Below, piece after piece: positions 20,063 to 27,606 of a stretch of DNA of 40,000 bases. This DNA comes from Aliiglaciecola sp. GTDB taxonomy: Bacteria; Pseudomonadota; Gammaproteobacteria; Enterobacterales; Alteromonadaceae. A model generated the notes under the pieces. The model saw only the letters and a program-made list of their open reading frames with translations. It made no database searches and was not told the origin of the DNA. The first letter of the stretch is position 1. Every line of letters starts with the position of its first letter. The stretch spans positions 1,852,126 to 1,892,125 of the forward strand of contig CBDDFO010000002.1 of the NCBI GenBank assembly GCA_965227085.1. The letters are read 5' to 3'. The translations under genes were made by a program, and so were the position numbers.

Positions 20063-20143
20063 CAAAGCTATGCATTTGACGTCAAAAAGCTTCGTTCGTT
20101 TCACTCACTGCACTATTTGCCGCAAATGATAGCGGCGTTATGG
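20057..20143 (+). other. attC site 6
   Basis: R'' AGCTAAC ... R' GTTATGG. R'' complements the cassette-6 start TTAGCT. Confidence 0.8.
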
Positions 20144-20157
20144 GTAAGAGAGTGAAC

Positions 20158-20427
20158 ATGAAAGTGCTAGTCGTTATTGTGGTTCTGTTGATGTGCTCGG
20201 CAGTTCTTCTAATGCGGTTTGGTTTTATCGTTTTTGACCGACACGTATTTGACTTTCAGGTTCAACCAATAATTAAAGCAGACAAAGTAACAAACATTAG
20301 AGAATACAAAATCATCCACGAATATATAGAGATGAGTTTTGAAAAAGACGCAGACAAGTTTGCTTCAGACCCTCTTTTCGTGAGACTAGATTCAATGTTG
20401 GGAGAATATGAAACAACTTACCCATAA
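20158..20427 (+). CDS. cassette 7: small N-terminally anchored protein (hypothetical)
   Basis: About 89 aa with an N-terminal hydrophobic helix (MKVLVVIVVLLMCSAVLLM). An alternative ATG at 20140 lies inside R'. Confidence 0.65.
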   Translation: MKVLVVIVVLLMCSAVLLMRFGFIVFDRHVFDFQVQPIIKADKVTNIREYKIIHEYIEMSFEKDADKFASDPLFVRLDSMLGEYETTYP

Positions 20428-20532
20428 CAAGGCGCTTAAATTCACTCACTTCGTTCGCTGGGACAATTTTTCATTGGCTGGCGCTTCGCGCAGTATAGCC
20501 AACTCAAATTGCCCCTTAGCTTTGCGTTATGT
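20422..20532 (+). other. attC site 7
   Basis: R'' CCATAAC ... CTGGGACAA / TTGCCCC boxes ... R' GTTATGT. Confidence 0.8.
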
Positions 20533-20537
20533 GACAG

Positions 20538-20903
20538 GTGGAAAATTTAACTTTTATGGCCTTAAGTGAATTCGAAATAAAGAAGATAGAAAAAGCTGCC
20601 AACGCTTTTTTAAATAAGCGTAGGCCGCCAGTGCATATTAGAAATGAGTTAGACATTGGTTGGCGGCTGGAGAAGCAATCAGTTTATATATATGAAACAC
20701 GTCCTGTTTGGAACAGCCCAAATGAATATCATGACCTGGATATGGCTAAAGCAACTTTTATCCGCGCTCAAGGTAAATGGAAAATTTTCTGGATGCGACA
20801 AGATCTAAAATGGCATGGCTATGAGCCAAATATGTATGTAAAAACTATTGAGCAAGTCTTTGCCGTTATAGGTCATGATGAATACGCTTGTTTTTTTGGG
20901 TAA
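20538..20903 (+). CDS. cassette 8: DUF3024-like protein
   Basis: 121 aa. The RRPPVHIRNELDIGWR...KWKIFWMRQDLKWHGYEP...DEYACFFG pattern matches what I recall of DUF3024. GTG start; an alternative ATG lies 6 codons in. Confidence 0.75.
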   Translation: MENLTFMALSEFEIKKIEKAANAFLNKRRPPVHIRNELDIGWRLEKQSVYIYETRPVWNSPNEYHDLDMAKATFIRAQGKWKIFWMRQDLKWHGYEPNMYVKTIEQVFAVIGHDEYACFFG

Positions 20904-20906
20904 GTC

Positions 20907-21015
20907 ACATAACAAAAAAATCAAGTTCGCCCGCTGCGCGGGCTGGGACGCAAGCACGCGGTGCGGCTTCGCCATTATGCCCCACGCGCCTGCGCCCCTT
21001 ATTTAAAAGTTATGT
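20907..21015 (+). other. attC site 8
   Basis: R'' ACATAAC ... GCTGGGAC / GCGCCCC boxes ... TTATTTAAAAGTTATGT. The 3' end is shared with attC 17. Confidence 0.8.
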
Positions 21016-21027
21016 GTATTTTCTGCC

Positions 21028-21375
21028 ATGAAATTAGATATTGCTCTGACATCAAAAGTTTATAGCAATTACTCGCTTGATGATTCCTCTCAGAAGGATT
21101 GGGATGAATTTAAATCAGAAAACAAATCGTATTTTGAAAAGTTACTCCCGATAACGATTGATACAGGAATAGACTTTGATAAACCCTGGGAGTTATCAAA
21201 ATTGGATAACTGTACCGTTATAGAGTATTTCTGCGCAGGAATGATGGATGAAGAATCTATTTTCTTAGATCATGATTATTATGGTATCAACCTTTGGAAA
21301 ACGAGTTGGCCAGGAGAGGCAAGTTTTGGTACAGATAAAATATTGTGCTTCGCAGTGGTTGTCGGTCACACATAA
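21028..21375 (+). CDS. cassette 9: hypothetical cytosolic protein
   Basis: 115 aa, acidic, with no TM segment. The stop lies inside R''. Confidence 0.7.
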   Translation: MKLDIALTSKVYSNYSLDDSSQKDWDEFKSENKSYFEKLLPITIDTGIDFDKPWELSKLDNCTVIEYFCAGMMDEESIFLDHDYYGINLWKTSWPGEASFGTDKILCFAVVVGHT

Positions 21376-21474
21376 CAAGTTGCCTAATTTCGCCGCAAAA
21401 AGCGCGGCTGGGACAAATACTCACAGGGCTTCGCCCAACAACGTTCGCATTTGCCCATTGGCAAAGCGTTATAT
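21370..21474 (+). other. attC site 9
   Basis: R'' ACATAAC ... GCTGGGACAAATAC / ATTTGCCCA ... R' GTTATAT. Confidence 0.8.
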
Positions 21475-21492
21475 GCTCAGAAAGTGGATGAA

Positions 21493-21765
21493 ATGATAGA
21501 AGCGCTAACTTACTTCGCACTCAGTTTGTATTTAGTTGTGAGCTTTTTTGTATCCATGTTTATCCTTAAAAGAGACGATCTTGATACATTTCAAAAATCA
21601 GCTCAAACAGTATTAGTTTGGTTAATACCACTTCTTGGCGCGCTCATTTTTTGGCGAGTAAACAAAAGTCATGATGTGGCTTTTAGGAGGGGGAGAGAGT
21701 TTGGTGGCGGTGCTAGCAAACTAGGTAGTTACGATTCTGCTGGAGACGGCGGTGGCAGTGATTAA
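21493..21765 (+). CDS. cassette 10: small 2-TM protein, PLDc_N-like, Gly-rich tail
   Basis: About 90 aa. It has two TM helices with a WLIPLLGALIFW motif reminiscent of the PLD-nuclease N-terminal (PLDc_N) family, and a C-terminal GGGASKLGSYDSAGDGGGSD tail. The ORF-track start at 21451 lies inside attC 9. Confidence 0.6.
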   Translation: MIEALTYFALSLYLVVSFFVSMFILKRDDLDTFQKSAQTVLVWLIPLLGALIFWRVNKSHDVAFRRGREFGGGASKLGSYDSAGDGGGSD

Positions 21766-21771
21766 AGTCGC

Positions 21772-21876
21772 ATATAACAAGGCAACACAATTCGGACCAA
21801 AATTCGCTGTCACATCTATTGCAAACAGCGCAACAAATGCGCCATCAACTTTTGGCCGTTGGTTTTGGCGTTATAT
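21772..21876 (+). other. attC site 10
   Basis: R'' ATATAAC ... R' GTTATAT. About 7 mismatches to attC 11 and 13 over ~100 bp by manual alignment. Confidence 0.85.
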
Positions 21877-21900
21877 GCCAAGAAGGAGATTCGACTATTG

Positions 21901-22269
21901 ATGTACATAGTGATTTTTTTAGTCGCATTATCGTGTATTGAATTGTTGATTTTGGCAGATAGAAAAAAGGGGATAGTTGCGTCTTCGGGAATGGCGGCCT
22001 TAATAACTATTTGCCTTTGTCTTTATTTCTACTTTGGTCAAGGCAGCTCTTATGCGAGAGAAATTCAGCCTCTAAATCTATTATTTACAAACTTGATAAT
22101 AGCAGCGGTGCCAACTCTTCTTTTCCTATATTTCGCTTATTTAAGCCGCAACTTTGAAGGAGCAATAGTTACTCATTCAATGGCACTCGCTTTTTCACTT
22201 GTAACTAGTTTCGGGTTTCCATTTTTTGTATTAGTTACCGGCTGCTACACTGGATTAGATTGTATTTAA
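21901..22269 (+). CDS. cassette 11: 4-TM membrane protein (hypothetical)
   Basis: About 122 aa with four hydrophobic segments. AAGGAG Shine-Dalgarno upstream of ATG 21901. Confidence 0.7.
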   Translation: MYIVIFLVALSCIELLILADRKKGIVASSGMAALITICLCLYFYFGQGSSYAREIQPLNLLFTNLIIAAVPTLLFLYFAYLSRNFEGAIVTHSMALAFSLVTSFGFPFFVLVTGCYTGLDCI

Positions 22270-22287
22270 AGGTTGTTTTAAGTTGGC

Positions 22288-22392
22288 ATATAACAAGGCA
22301 ACGCAAATCGGACCAAAACTCGCTGTCACATTTATTGCAAACGGCGCAACAAATGCGCCATCAAATTTTGGCCGTTGGTTGCGGCGTTAGGT
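22288..22392 (+). other. attC site 11
   Basis: R'' ATATAAC ... R' GTTAGGT. The internal ~98 bp differ from attC 13 at a single position. Confidence 0.85.
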
Positions 22393-22396
22393 ACAC

Positions 22397-22831
22397 ATGG
22401 ATAGTTCAGGCATATTCTTAAATATTGGCAAAAGTATTCTAGCTCTCGCTATAGCACTTTTCGTTATTTTTTGGTTCCCAAGTCCTGCTTTTGATGCCTG
22501 TTTTCCTGATAATAGTTCTTACGTGTGTAGCCAATGGCCCAAGATATTTGCTGGGTGTGTGTTTATCTTAGTTTCATACTTTCTCGGCCCTAAAAGTAAA
22601 TATCACTATTTTCCTGTTTTCATGCTTTTTGCGTACATTGGTAGTGCGGAGCACATCAGGTTTGGTGGGCAACTTTTAGATGTCCTATTTCAAATGCCGT
22701 TCCAAACATTTTACTACGGCGGCATCATTGCTTTAGTAGTAATTACTGCGGTAAAGTTTATAAAACGTAACTGGGTGCAAAGTGTACCTAACAAGCTAAT
22801 AAATAAGGACTATGTTCCTCCCCCGTTTTAG
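22397..22831 (+). CDS. cassette 12: 4-TM membrane protein (hypothetical), 3' end altered by IS insertion
   Basis: 144 aa with four hydrophobic segments. Removing the IS and one CTA copy restores ...AAG GAC TAA, so the IS replaces the stop and adds YVPPPF. Confidence 0.7.
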   Translation: MDSSGIFLNIGKSILALAIALFVIFWFPSPAFDACFPDNSSYVCSQWPKIFAGCVFILVSYFLGPKSKYHYFPVFMLFAYIGSAEHIRFGGQLLDVLFQMPFQTFYYGGIIALVVITAVKFIKRNWVQSVPNKLINKDYVPPPF

Positions 22832-22864
22832 TGGACACCTCCTCTTTACAATGAGGAGGGCAAA

Positions 22865-23239
22865 ATGCCTCGATATACACAACCAAGAAAGACATGGTTT
22901 TATCCGATAGATTTCAAAATTAAGGCAGTCGAACTAAGCTTACAGAACGATGTAATGTCCAAGGATGTTGCTCAAGCACTTGATATTCACCCGCTAATGC
23001 TAAGCCGTTGGCGTAAAGAATATCGAGAAGGTAAATTTTCCCAAACGTCCCGCTACCAAAGCAGCAATGAATTAATGAGTAAAGTCCCGACTAAAAGAGA
23101 GCTTGGTTCAATTCAAAAGCTCAAAAAAGAAAACGAACGTTTGAGGCAGGAGAATGACCTGCTAAAAAAGTGGCAACGGTATCTGGCGGAAGTACATCAG
23201 AACGATTTGGATTCATCCAAAGATTCGGTCAAACGCTAG
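22865..23239 (+). CDS. IS3-family transposase OrfA (HTH)
   Basis: 124 aa with an N-terminal helix-turn-helix-like region and a leucine-zipper-like C-terminus (KKENERLRQENDLLKK). Confidence 0.9.
   Translation: MPRYTQPRKTWFYPIDFKIKAVELSLQNDVMSKDVAQALDIHPLMLSRWRKEYREGKFSQTSRYQSSNELMSKVPTKRELGSIQKLKKENERLRQENDLLKKWQRYLAEVHQNDLDSSKDSVKR
23164..23170 (+). promoter_or_regulatory. programmed -1 ribosomal frameshift site (A AAA AAG)
   Basis: The A6G heptamer is in the orfA zero frame (cta AAA AAG tgg), at the start of the orfA/orfB overlap. This is typical for IS3-family OrfAB fusions. Confidence 0.75.
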
Positions 23240-24057
23240 GCGTCAGATACTTATGCTCTTGGCTGAAGGTTTCTCGCAGCGGCTATTATGCTTGGTGCAA
23301 TCGTCCAATATCGGCTCGTGCTATTTCTGACATTGATTTGCTATCTCAAATAGAGCGAGTCTTTAATGCAAATCATCAAACGTACGGCAGTCCTAGGATA
23401 TTCCAGGCCCTTAAACGAGAAGGCGTTAGAACGAGCAGAAAGCGTGTGGCGCGTTTGATGCAGGAAAATGGATTACAAGCGCGAGCATTGAGGACTTACA
23501 GCAAGCCTGCAAAGGTTAAGCTCTTCTACAGCGAGATTGAAAACAGACGCAAAGAAATCGGTAAACCTACGGCAATTAACCAACAGTGGTCAGGTGACAT
23601 AACCTACTTGAAGGTGGGGACGAGCTGGCACTATTTGGCGGTCGTCATCGATTTGTTTTCACGCCGTATTGTCGGTTGGGCATTTGGGAACAATAAAACC
23701 ACTAAGTTGACTCTTAAAGCACTTAAGCTTGCTATGAAAAAACGAAAACCCATGAATGCCATTGTATTTCATACAGATAGAGGCGCTGAATACCGAGCAC
23801 ATGTGGTTCAAACCTTTTTGGCGAGCCACAATATTACGGCCAGCATGAACCGTCCTGGATGCTGCACAGACAACGCTGAAGTGGAGTCCTTTTTTCATTC
23901 ATTAAAGGCAGACCTAATTCGAGGGAATAGGTTCGATAAAGCAACAAACTTGCACTCTAGGTTAAAGGGGTACTTGAATTACTTCTACAATAGACAGCGT
24001 TTGCATTCGAGCTTAGGATATAAAACACCTGCCGAGTTTGAGTTGGCAGCAAATTAA
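23170..24057 (+). CDS. IS3-family transposase OrfB (DDE/rve domain)
   Basis: rve integrase-core blocks (WSGDITYL, HTDRGAEYRA, CCTDNAEVESFFHSLK). Probably expressed as an OrfAB fusion. Confidence 0.9.
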   Translation: MATVSGGSTSERFGFIQRFGQTLGVRYLCSWLKVSRSGYYAWCNRPISARAISDIDLLSQIERVFNANHQTYGSPRIFQALKREGVRTSRKRVARLMQENGLQARALRTYSKPAKVKLFYSEIENRRKEIGKPTAINQQWSGDITYLKVGTSWHYLAVVIDLFSRRIVGWAFGNNKTTKLTLKALKLAMKKRKPMNAIVFHTDRGAEYRAHVVQTFLASHNITASMNRPGCCTDNAEVESFFHSLKADLIRGNRFDKATNLHSRLKGYLNYFYNRQRLHSSLGYKTPAEFELAAN

Positions 24058-24178
24058 AAAATGGAGGTGTCCATTTTTGCGGGGGAAGATCACTAAAAAC
24101 AGTTTGCTGTTTTCGTTCCTCAACATTTTAGCAAACTATTTTTAGCCCATTATTAGGGCGTTATGCATTGTGGACAAA

Positions 24179-24532
24179 ATGAATAAACTACCAATTGTTT
24201 TGTTAGTAATCGCGGTCTGTGTCACATTGGTTTCATATGATTTGTTTGTTAACTTTGGACTGCTAGACACTTATGGCGAATTTTACAGATTAATAGTGAG
24301 CCCAATTGCCCCGAGCAGTGAGGTGGAGATGCGCCCAGTGGGCGTGTTTTTGGAAGAGGAACATTTCGGGCTTGGGGCTGTAGGCCTGACTTGCACGATA
24401 CTATTGGTTGCAATAGCAATTGAAGCTAAAAGGTATAAGGTATTTGGTAAATCCAAACGGTCTTCTGGCGTTGTGGCGCTTTCAACAGCCACGTTATTCG
24501 TCAACATTCAATTGTTATGGTGGCTCTTGTAA
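24179..24532 (+). CDS. cassette 13: 3-TM membrane protein (hypothetical)
   Basis: About 117 aa with three hydrophobic segments. Start is ATG 24179 or GTG 24170. Confidence 0.65.
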   Translation: MNKLPIVLLVIAVCVTLVSYDLFVNFGLLDTYGEFYRLIVSPIAPSSEVEMRPVGVFLEEEHFGLGAVGLTCTILLVAIAIEAKRYKVFGKSKRSSGVVALSTATLFVNIQLLWWLL

Positions 24533-24533
24533 T

Positions 24534-24638
24534 GCATAACAAGGCAACGCAAATCGGACCAAAACTCGCTGTCACATTTATTGCAAACGGCGCAACAAAT
24601 GCGCCATCAACTTTTGGCCGTTGGTTGCGGCGTTAGCA
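24534..24638 (+). other. attC site 13
   Basis: R'' GCATAAC ... R' GTTAGCA. Near-identical to attC 11. Confidence 0.85.
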
Positions 24639-24654
24639 TTACTACAAACTATTG

Positions 24655-24975
24655 ATGAAAAACCTTAATGTAAACTGCCCAAACTGTCATTCAAGTTTTA
24701 ATGTGTTTTCGATGTGGGCAAAACAAACCAAACTAAATCACTACAAATGTAATTTTTGCGGTGAAACAAGTACATTTGAGGGTGCCAACGCAAGCGCTAT
24801 TGTTAATATCATTTCAATTGCCACATTCTTCGTATTAGGAATAGTCGCAATTGAATATTCGGGTAGTTGGTTAGGCTTAGTGGTACCAGGGATTTTGTAT
24901 TTACCTTTGGGTTACCTATGCCATCTACGTAATTGTAAAAATAAAAAGCTTTGTCTCGTTAAAAGGCAATGCTAA
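24655..24975 (+). CDS. cassette 14: zinc-ribbon + 2-TM protein (hypothetical)
   Basis: N-terminal CPNC...CNFC pair (a zinc-ribbon-like pair of CxxC motifs) followed by two TM helices and a basic Cys-containing tail. Confidence 0.7.
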   Translation: MKNLNVNCPNCHSSFNVFSMWAKQTKLNHYKCNFCGETSTFEGANASAIVNIISIATFFVLGIVAIEYSGSWLGLVVPGILYLPLGYLCHLRNCKNKKLCLVKRQC

Positions 24976-25069
24976 CAAGGCGCTCAAGCAAGGAATTTTA
25001 AAGTTTGGCTCGGCTCGTGCCTCGCCAATTTTAGCCAAACTCTAAAATCCTCTTAGCTTGTCGTTAAGC
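24970..25069 (+). other. attC site 14
   Basis: R'' TGCTAAC ... GCCAATTTTAGCC centre ... R' GTTAAGC. Confidence 0.8.
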
Positions 25070-25085
25070 AAACAAGGATAGTCCA

Positions 25086-25550
25086 ATGAAATTTGTAATT
25101 ACGTTAATTTCCTTAATTATTTTCTCACTAACTGCTTTTGCGGATGAGACATTGTCTGAAAGTGAGCTAAAACAAAAAGCTGAAGCATTCATACAAGCGA
25201 AAAATGCGAGGCAACAACCAAACACAACCGTTGAAGACATAGATCATTTCATTTCATTTTTGGCTGATGAATTCATTGATGAACATCTGAAATTTAATGT
25301 CACTACGACAAGTAAGGAAGAACTTCGACAAGGAATGATAGCGAAGATGAAAGACAAGGTAATCTTCAGTGAAATTAAAATTGACCAGATGATGTTTGGA
25401 CGCAATGTGGTATTCGTCAAATATACGGAACACGCTAAAGTCAAACCTAGCCACATGGATAAGGTCATAGAGTATACAAGCACTAATATAATGTCTCTAG
25501 AGTTTGGTGATAATGGTCTTATCAAACATATTCGTAGACATCATGCGTAA
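25086..25550 (+). CDS. cassette 15: secreted protein, possibly NTF2/SnoaL-like fold
   Basis: 154 aa with a signal peptide (MKFVITLISLIIFSLTAFA). The fold assignment is a weak impression only. Confidence 0.7.
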   Translation: MKFVITLISLIIFSLTAFADETLSESELKQKAEAFIQAKNARQQPNTTVEDIDHFISFLADEFIDEHLKFNVTTTSKEELRQGMIAKMKDKVIFSEIKIDQMMFGRNVVFVKYTEHAKVKPSHMDKVIEYTSTNIMSLEFGDNGLIKHIRRHHA

Positions 25551-25556
25551 GTGTTT

Positions 25557-25643
25557 GCTTAACAAGCCGTTTAACGAAAACGCCAGCAAACAACACTGGC
25601 ACGGACTCGCAAACTGCGCTCGCCCGTTAACGGAGCGTTATGT
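25557..25643 (+). other. attC site 15
   Basis: R'' GCTTAAC ... dyad CCGTTTAACG/CGTTAACGG ... R' GTTATGT. Confidence 0.8.
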
Positions 25644-25686
25644 TTTTCTGCAAATTAATAGGGATTTTAAAAAGGAATTGAATTAA

Positions 25687-26220
25687 ATGAAGTTCTTTAA
25701 GTTTACAGCGTTAATATTGGTTGTTGTCATTATTACCGCCATATTGTCATACCAGAAAATCATCTCAGATATATTGATACCCCAATATGTTGACTGGGCT
25801 TACGAAACCGAAAGAAAAGGCTTGGATTCCGGAGTTCCTTTAAACTCACGAGAATTAGCTTTGGCAGCCGAGATAGGAATTAAAAAACCAGAGAACGTCA
25901 GGATTGTACATTTTGATGAAGTTCCGTTTCCACACGAAAACTTCGCTCTAAAGACATTAGGTGAAGCACTAGGCTTCATTGGTGAAGGTATCACTAACAA
26001 TGCTCAGGCTTTTGGTTATTCTATTTATGTTCGTAACGGATATGAATTAAATAGGCCCAAATTGGCTCATGAATTGGTTCACGTGCTTCAAATAGAAAGG
26101 TCCAATCTTGACCAAGTGATAACTCAGCACTTCTCTGACATAGCAGAATTTGGTTATGACAAAGCACCTCTAGAAGTCGAGGCTTTTAAAGCAAACAAAC
26201 AGTATGCAGCCGATTGGTAG
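25687..26220 (+). CDS. cassette 16: membrane-anchored HExxH zinc-metallopeptidase-like protein
   Basis: 177 aa with an N-terminal TM helix. The AHELVHVLQ motif (HExxH followed by xxQ) resembles the DUF4157-type peptidase motif. Confidence 0.75.
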   Translation: MKFFKFTALILVVVIITAILSYQKIISDILIPQYVDWAYETERKGLDSGVPLNSRELALAAEIGIKKPENVRIVHFDEVPFPHENFALKTLGEALGFIGEGITNNAQAFGYSIYVRNGYELNRPKLAHELVHVLQIERSNLDQVITQHFSDIAEFGYDKAPLEVEAFKANKQYAADW

Positions 26221-26241
26221 TTAAACGTTGTGGTATAAAAA

Positions 26242-26358
26242 ACATAACAATCGCATAAACACTCGCTTCGCTCGCAGGGGACAAATACACGTAGGCTTCC
26301 CTCGCTTTGCTCGGTATTTTAGCCTACGTATATTTGCCCGTTATGCGGGCCGTTAGCC
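26242..26358 (+). other. attC site 16 (117 bp)
   Basis: R'' ACATAAC ... GGGGACAAATAC / TATTTGCCCG ... R' GTTAGCC. Confidence 0.8.
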
Positions 26359-26373
26359 TACTGGGAACGTACG

Positions 26374-26796
26374 ATGTTTTTCCTAAGTTTTTTCATCTTT
26401 CTCGGCACATTGATATTGGGTTTCTGGTTCGGTAATTCCTTAGGGTTATTTACCGATTTAACATTTCCAACTATTCTGTTATTGGTCTTGCTACCTAGTA
26501 TTACTTTTACAATTTATGCGAATTCCCTATCAGCTATAAAGCAATCATTCGCAGACTTAAATAGTGGCGGTAAAAGCCTCATTGCTCAAAAAGTTTTAAA
26601 GTGCTTTGGCAACACGTCACTTTTAATAGGTATTGCAGTCACTCTCTTAAATATCTTATCAATCGCTTTTAATTGGGGGACACCTGTTACACCTGCATAC
26701 CTAGCAGCTGCATTTTCAACGGCGTTACTATCAAGTTTCATCGGCTTGGTTATAAAAATTTGCTGTGTAGTTGGTTTTTATAAGGCTCAGGGGTAG
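26374..26796 (+). CDS. cassette 17: 4-TM membrane protein, faint MotA/TolQ/ExbB-like C-terminal half
   Basis: 140 aa. The GNTSLLIGIAVTLLNI...PAYLAAAFSTALLSSFIGLV pattern resembles the last two helices of the MotA/ExbB channel family. Tentative. Confidence 0.65.
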   Translation: MFFLSFFIFLGTLILGFWFGNSLGLFTDLTFPTILLLVLLPSITFTIYANSLSAIKQSFADLNSGGKSLIAQKVLKCFGNTSLLIGIAVTLLNILSIAFNWGTPVTPAYLAAAFSTALLSSFIGLVIKICCVVGFYKAQG

Positions 26797-26800
26797 AGTA

Positions 26801-26905
26801 GGCTAACAAAAAAATTAAAACGTGCGCGGGGCGCACTGGGACAAAAACACAGCGCCGCTTCGCGATTGTAGCGCTGTATTTTTGCCCTTTATTTAAAAGT
26901 TATAC
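26801..26905 (+). other. attC site 17
   Basis: R'' GGCTAAC ... CTGGGACAAAAAC / TTTTTGCCC ... TTATTTAAAAGTTATAC. Confidence 0.8.
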
Positions 26906-26919
26906 GCCAGAATGAGTTC

Positions 26920-27498
26920 ATGTCGTTGAAGAAAAAACTAAGAAGTATTATCTCATTTTTATTTGCTTCCACAGCTCTTGTTTGTGTGCTGAATATTATT
27001 GATTTTCCATATGAATTTAGATTTATTGAGCGCCAATATGATTACTTGTTTGTTACTGTCTTGTGTATCTTACTTCCAACTACGGCTTTTCTATGGTCAA
27101 TAATTTGTATCAAGCAAAATTGGTATAAACTAACTGGTATCATTGCTGTGTTAGGTTTATCTCTGTTTTGTTATTTTATTGGATTATTTTCTTATGGAGA
27201 CTATCAGGAAATTGGTGCATCTGGCGTTGACTTTTCATTTGAAGAAATTGAAAGGTTGAATTTCGAGAACAAAAGCTATGTTTTGTATCGCACAAATGGC
27301 GGGGCTACCACAGCATTTGGACTTGTACTGAGAACAGAATATCCTTTTTTAGATATGTTTAAATTAATTCACCGAACATACGATAAATATGAGGCTTACG
27401 AAGGGCACTTGAAGCCAAAAAATAACGAGCAGTTTTCTCTAACTATAGAGCCATATTCCGAAGGCGAAAAGGTGGAAGTTTTATGGTTCAAGATTTAG
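26920..27498 (+). CDS. cassette 18: 3-TM N-terminus + soluble C-terminal domain (hypothetical)
   Basis: 192 aa with three hydrophobic segments followed by a ~90-aa hydrophilic domain. No family recognised. Confidence 0.7.
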   Translation: MSLKKKLRSIISFLFASTALVCVLNIIDFPYEFRFIERQYDYLFVTVLCILLPTTAFLWSIICIKQNWYKLTGIIAVLGLSLFCYFIGLFSYGDYQEIGASGVDFSFEEIERLNFENKSYVLYRTNGGATTAFGLVLRTEYPFLDMFKLIHRTYDKYEAYEGHLKPKNNEQFSLTIEPYSEGEKVEVLWFKI

Positions 27499-27499
27499 C

Positions 27500-27583
27500 G
27501 TATAACAAGCGACTTATGCCGCCAAACAAGTTTGGCTGTGACACAGCGGCTGCGCCACTGCGCACCATAGTCGAACGTTAGTT
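27500..27583 (+). other. attC site 18
   Basis: R'' GTATAAC ... R' GTTAGTT. R'' complements the cassette-18 start TTATAC. Confidence 0.8.
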
Positions 27584-27606
27584 GTACTTAATCTGAGTCA
27601 GAGTAA

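Larger units (their letters stand above)
22813..24092 (+). mobile_element. IS3-family insertion sequence (1280 bp)
   Basis: TG...CA termini and ~30-bp imperfect inverted repeats (23 of 30 by hand). 3-bp direct repeat CTA at 22810-22812 and 24093-24095. orfA/orfB with an A6G slippery site. Confidence 0.9.
22786..24166 (+). other. attC site 12, split by an IS3-family element
   Basis: R'' ACCTAAC (complements cassette start TTAGGT) ... [IS 22813-24092] ... R' GTTATGC. The reconstructed site is ~98 bp with dyads CTAATAA/TTATTAG and AGTTTGCT/AGCAAACT. Confidence 0.75.

Noticed and set aside
21272-21520. ORFs 21272-21496 (+) and 21287-21520 (-) and, similarly, 25504-25686 (+)
   Set aside because: They run across attC sites (9 and 15) and overlap better-supported cassette ORFs. 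They are artefacts of open frames in the attC dyads.
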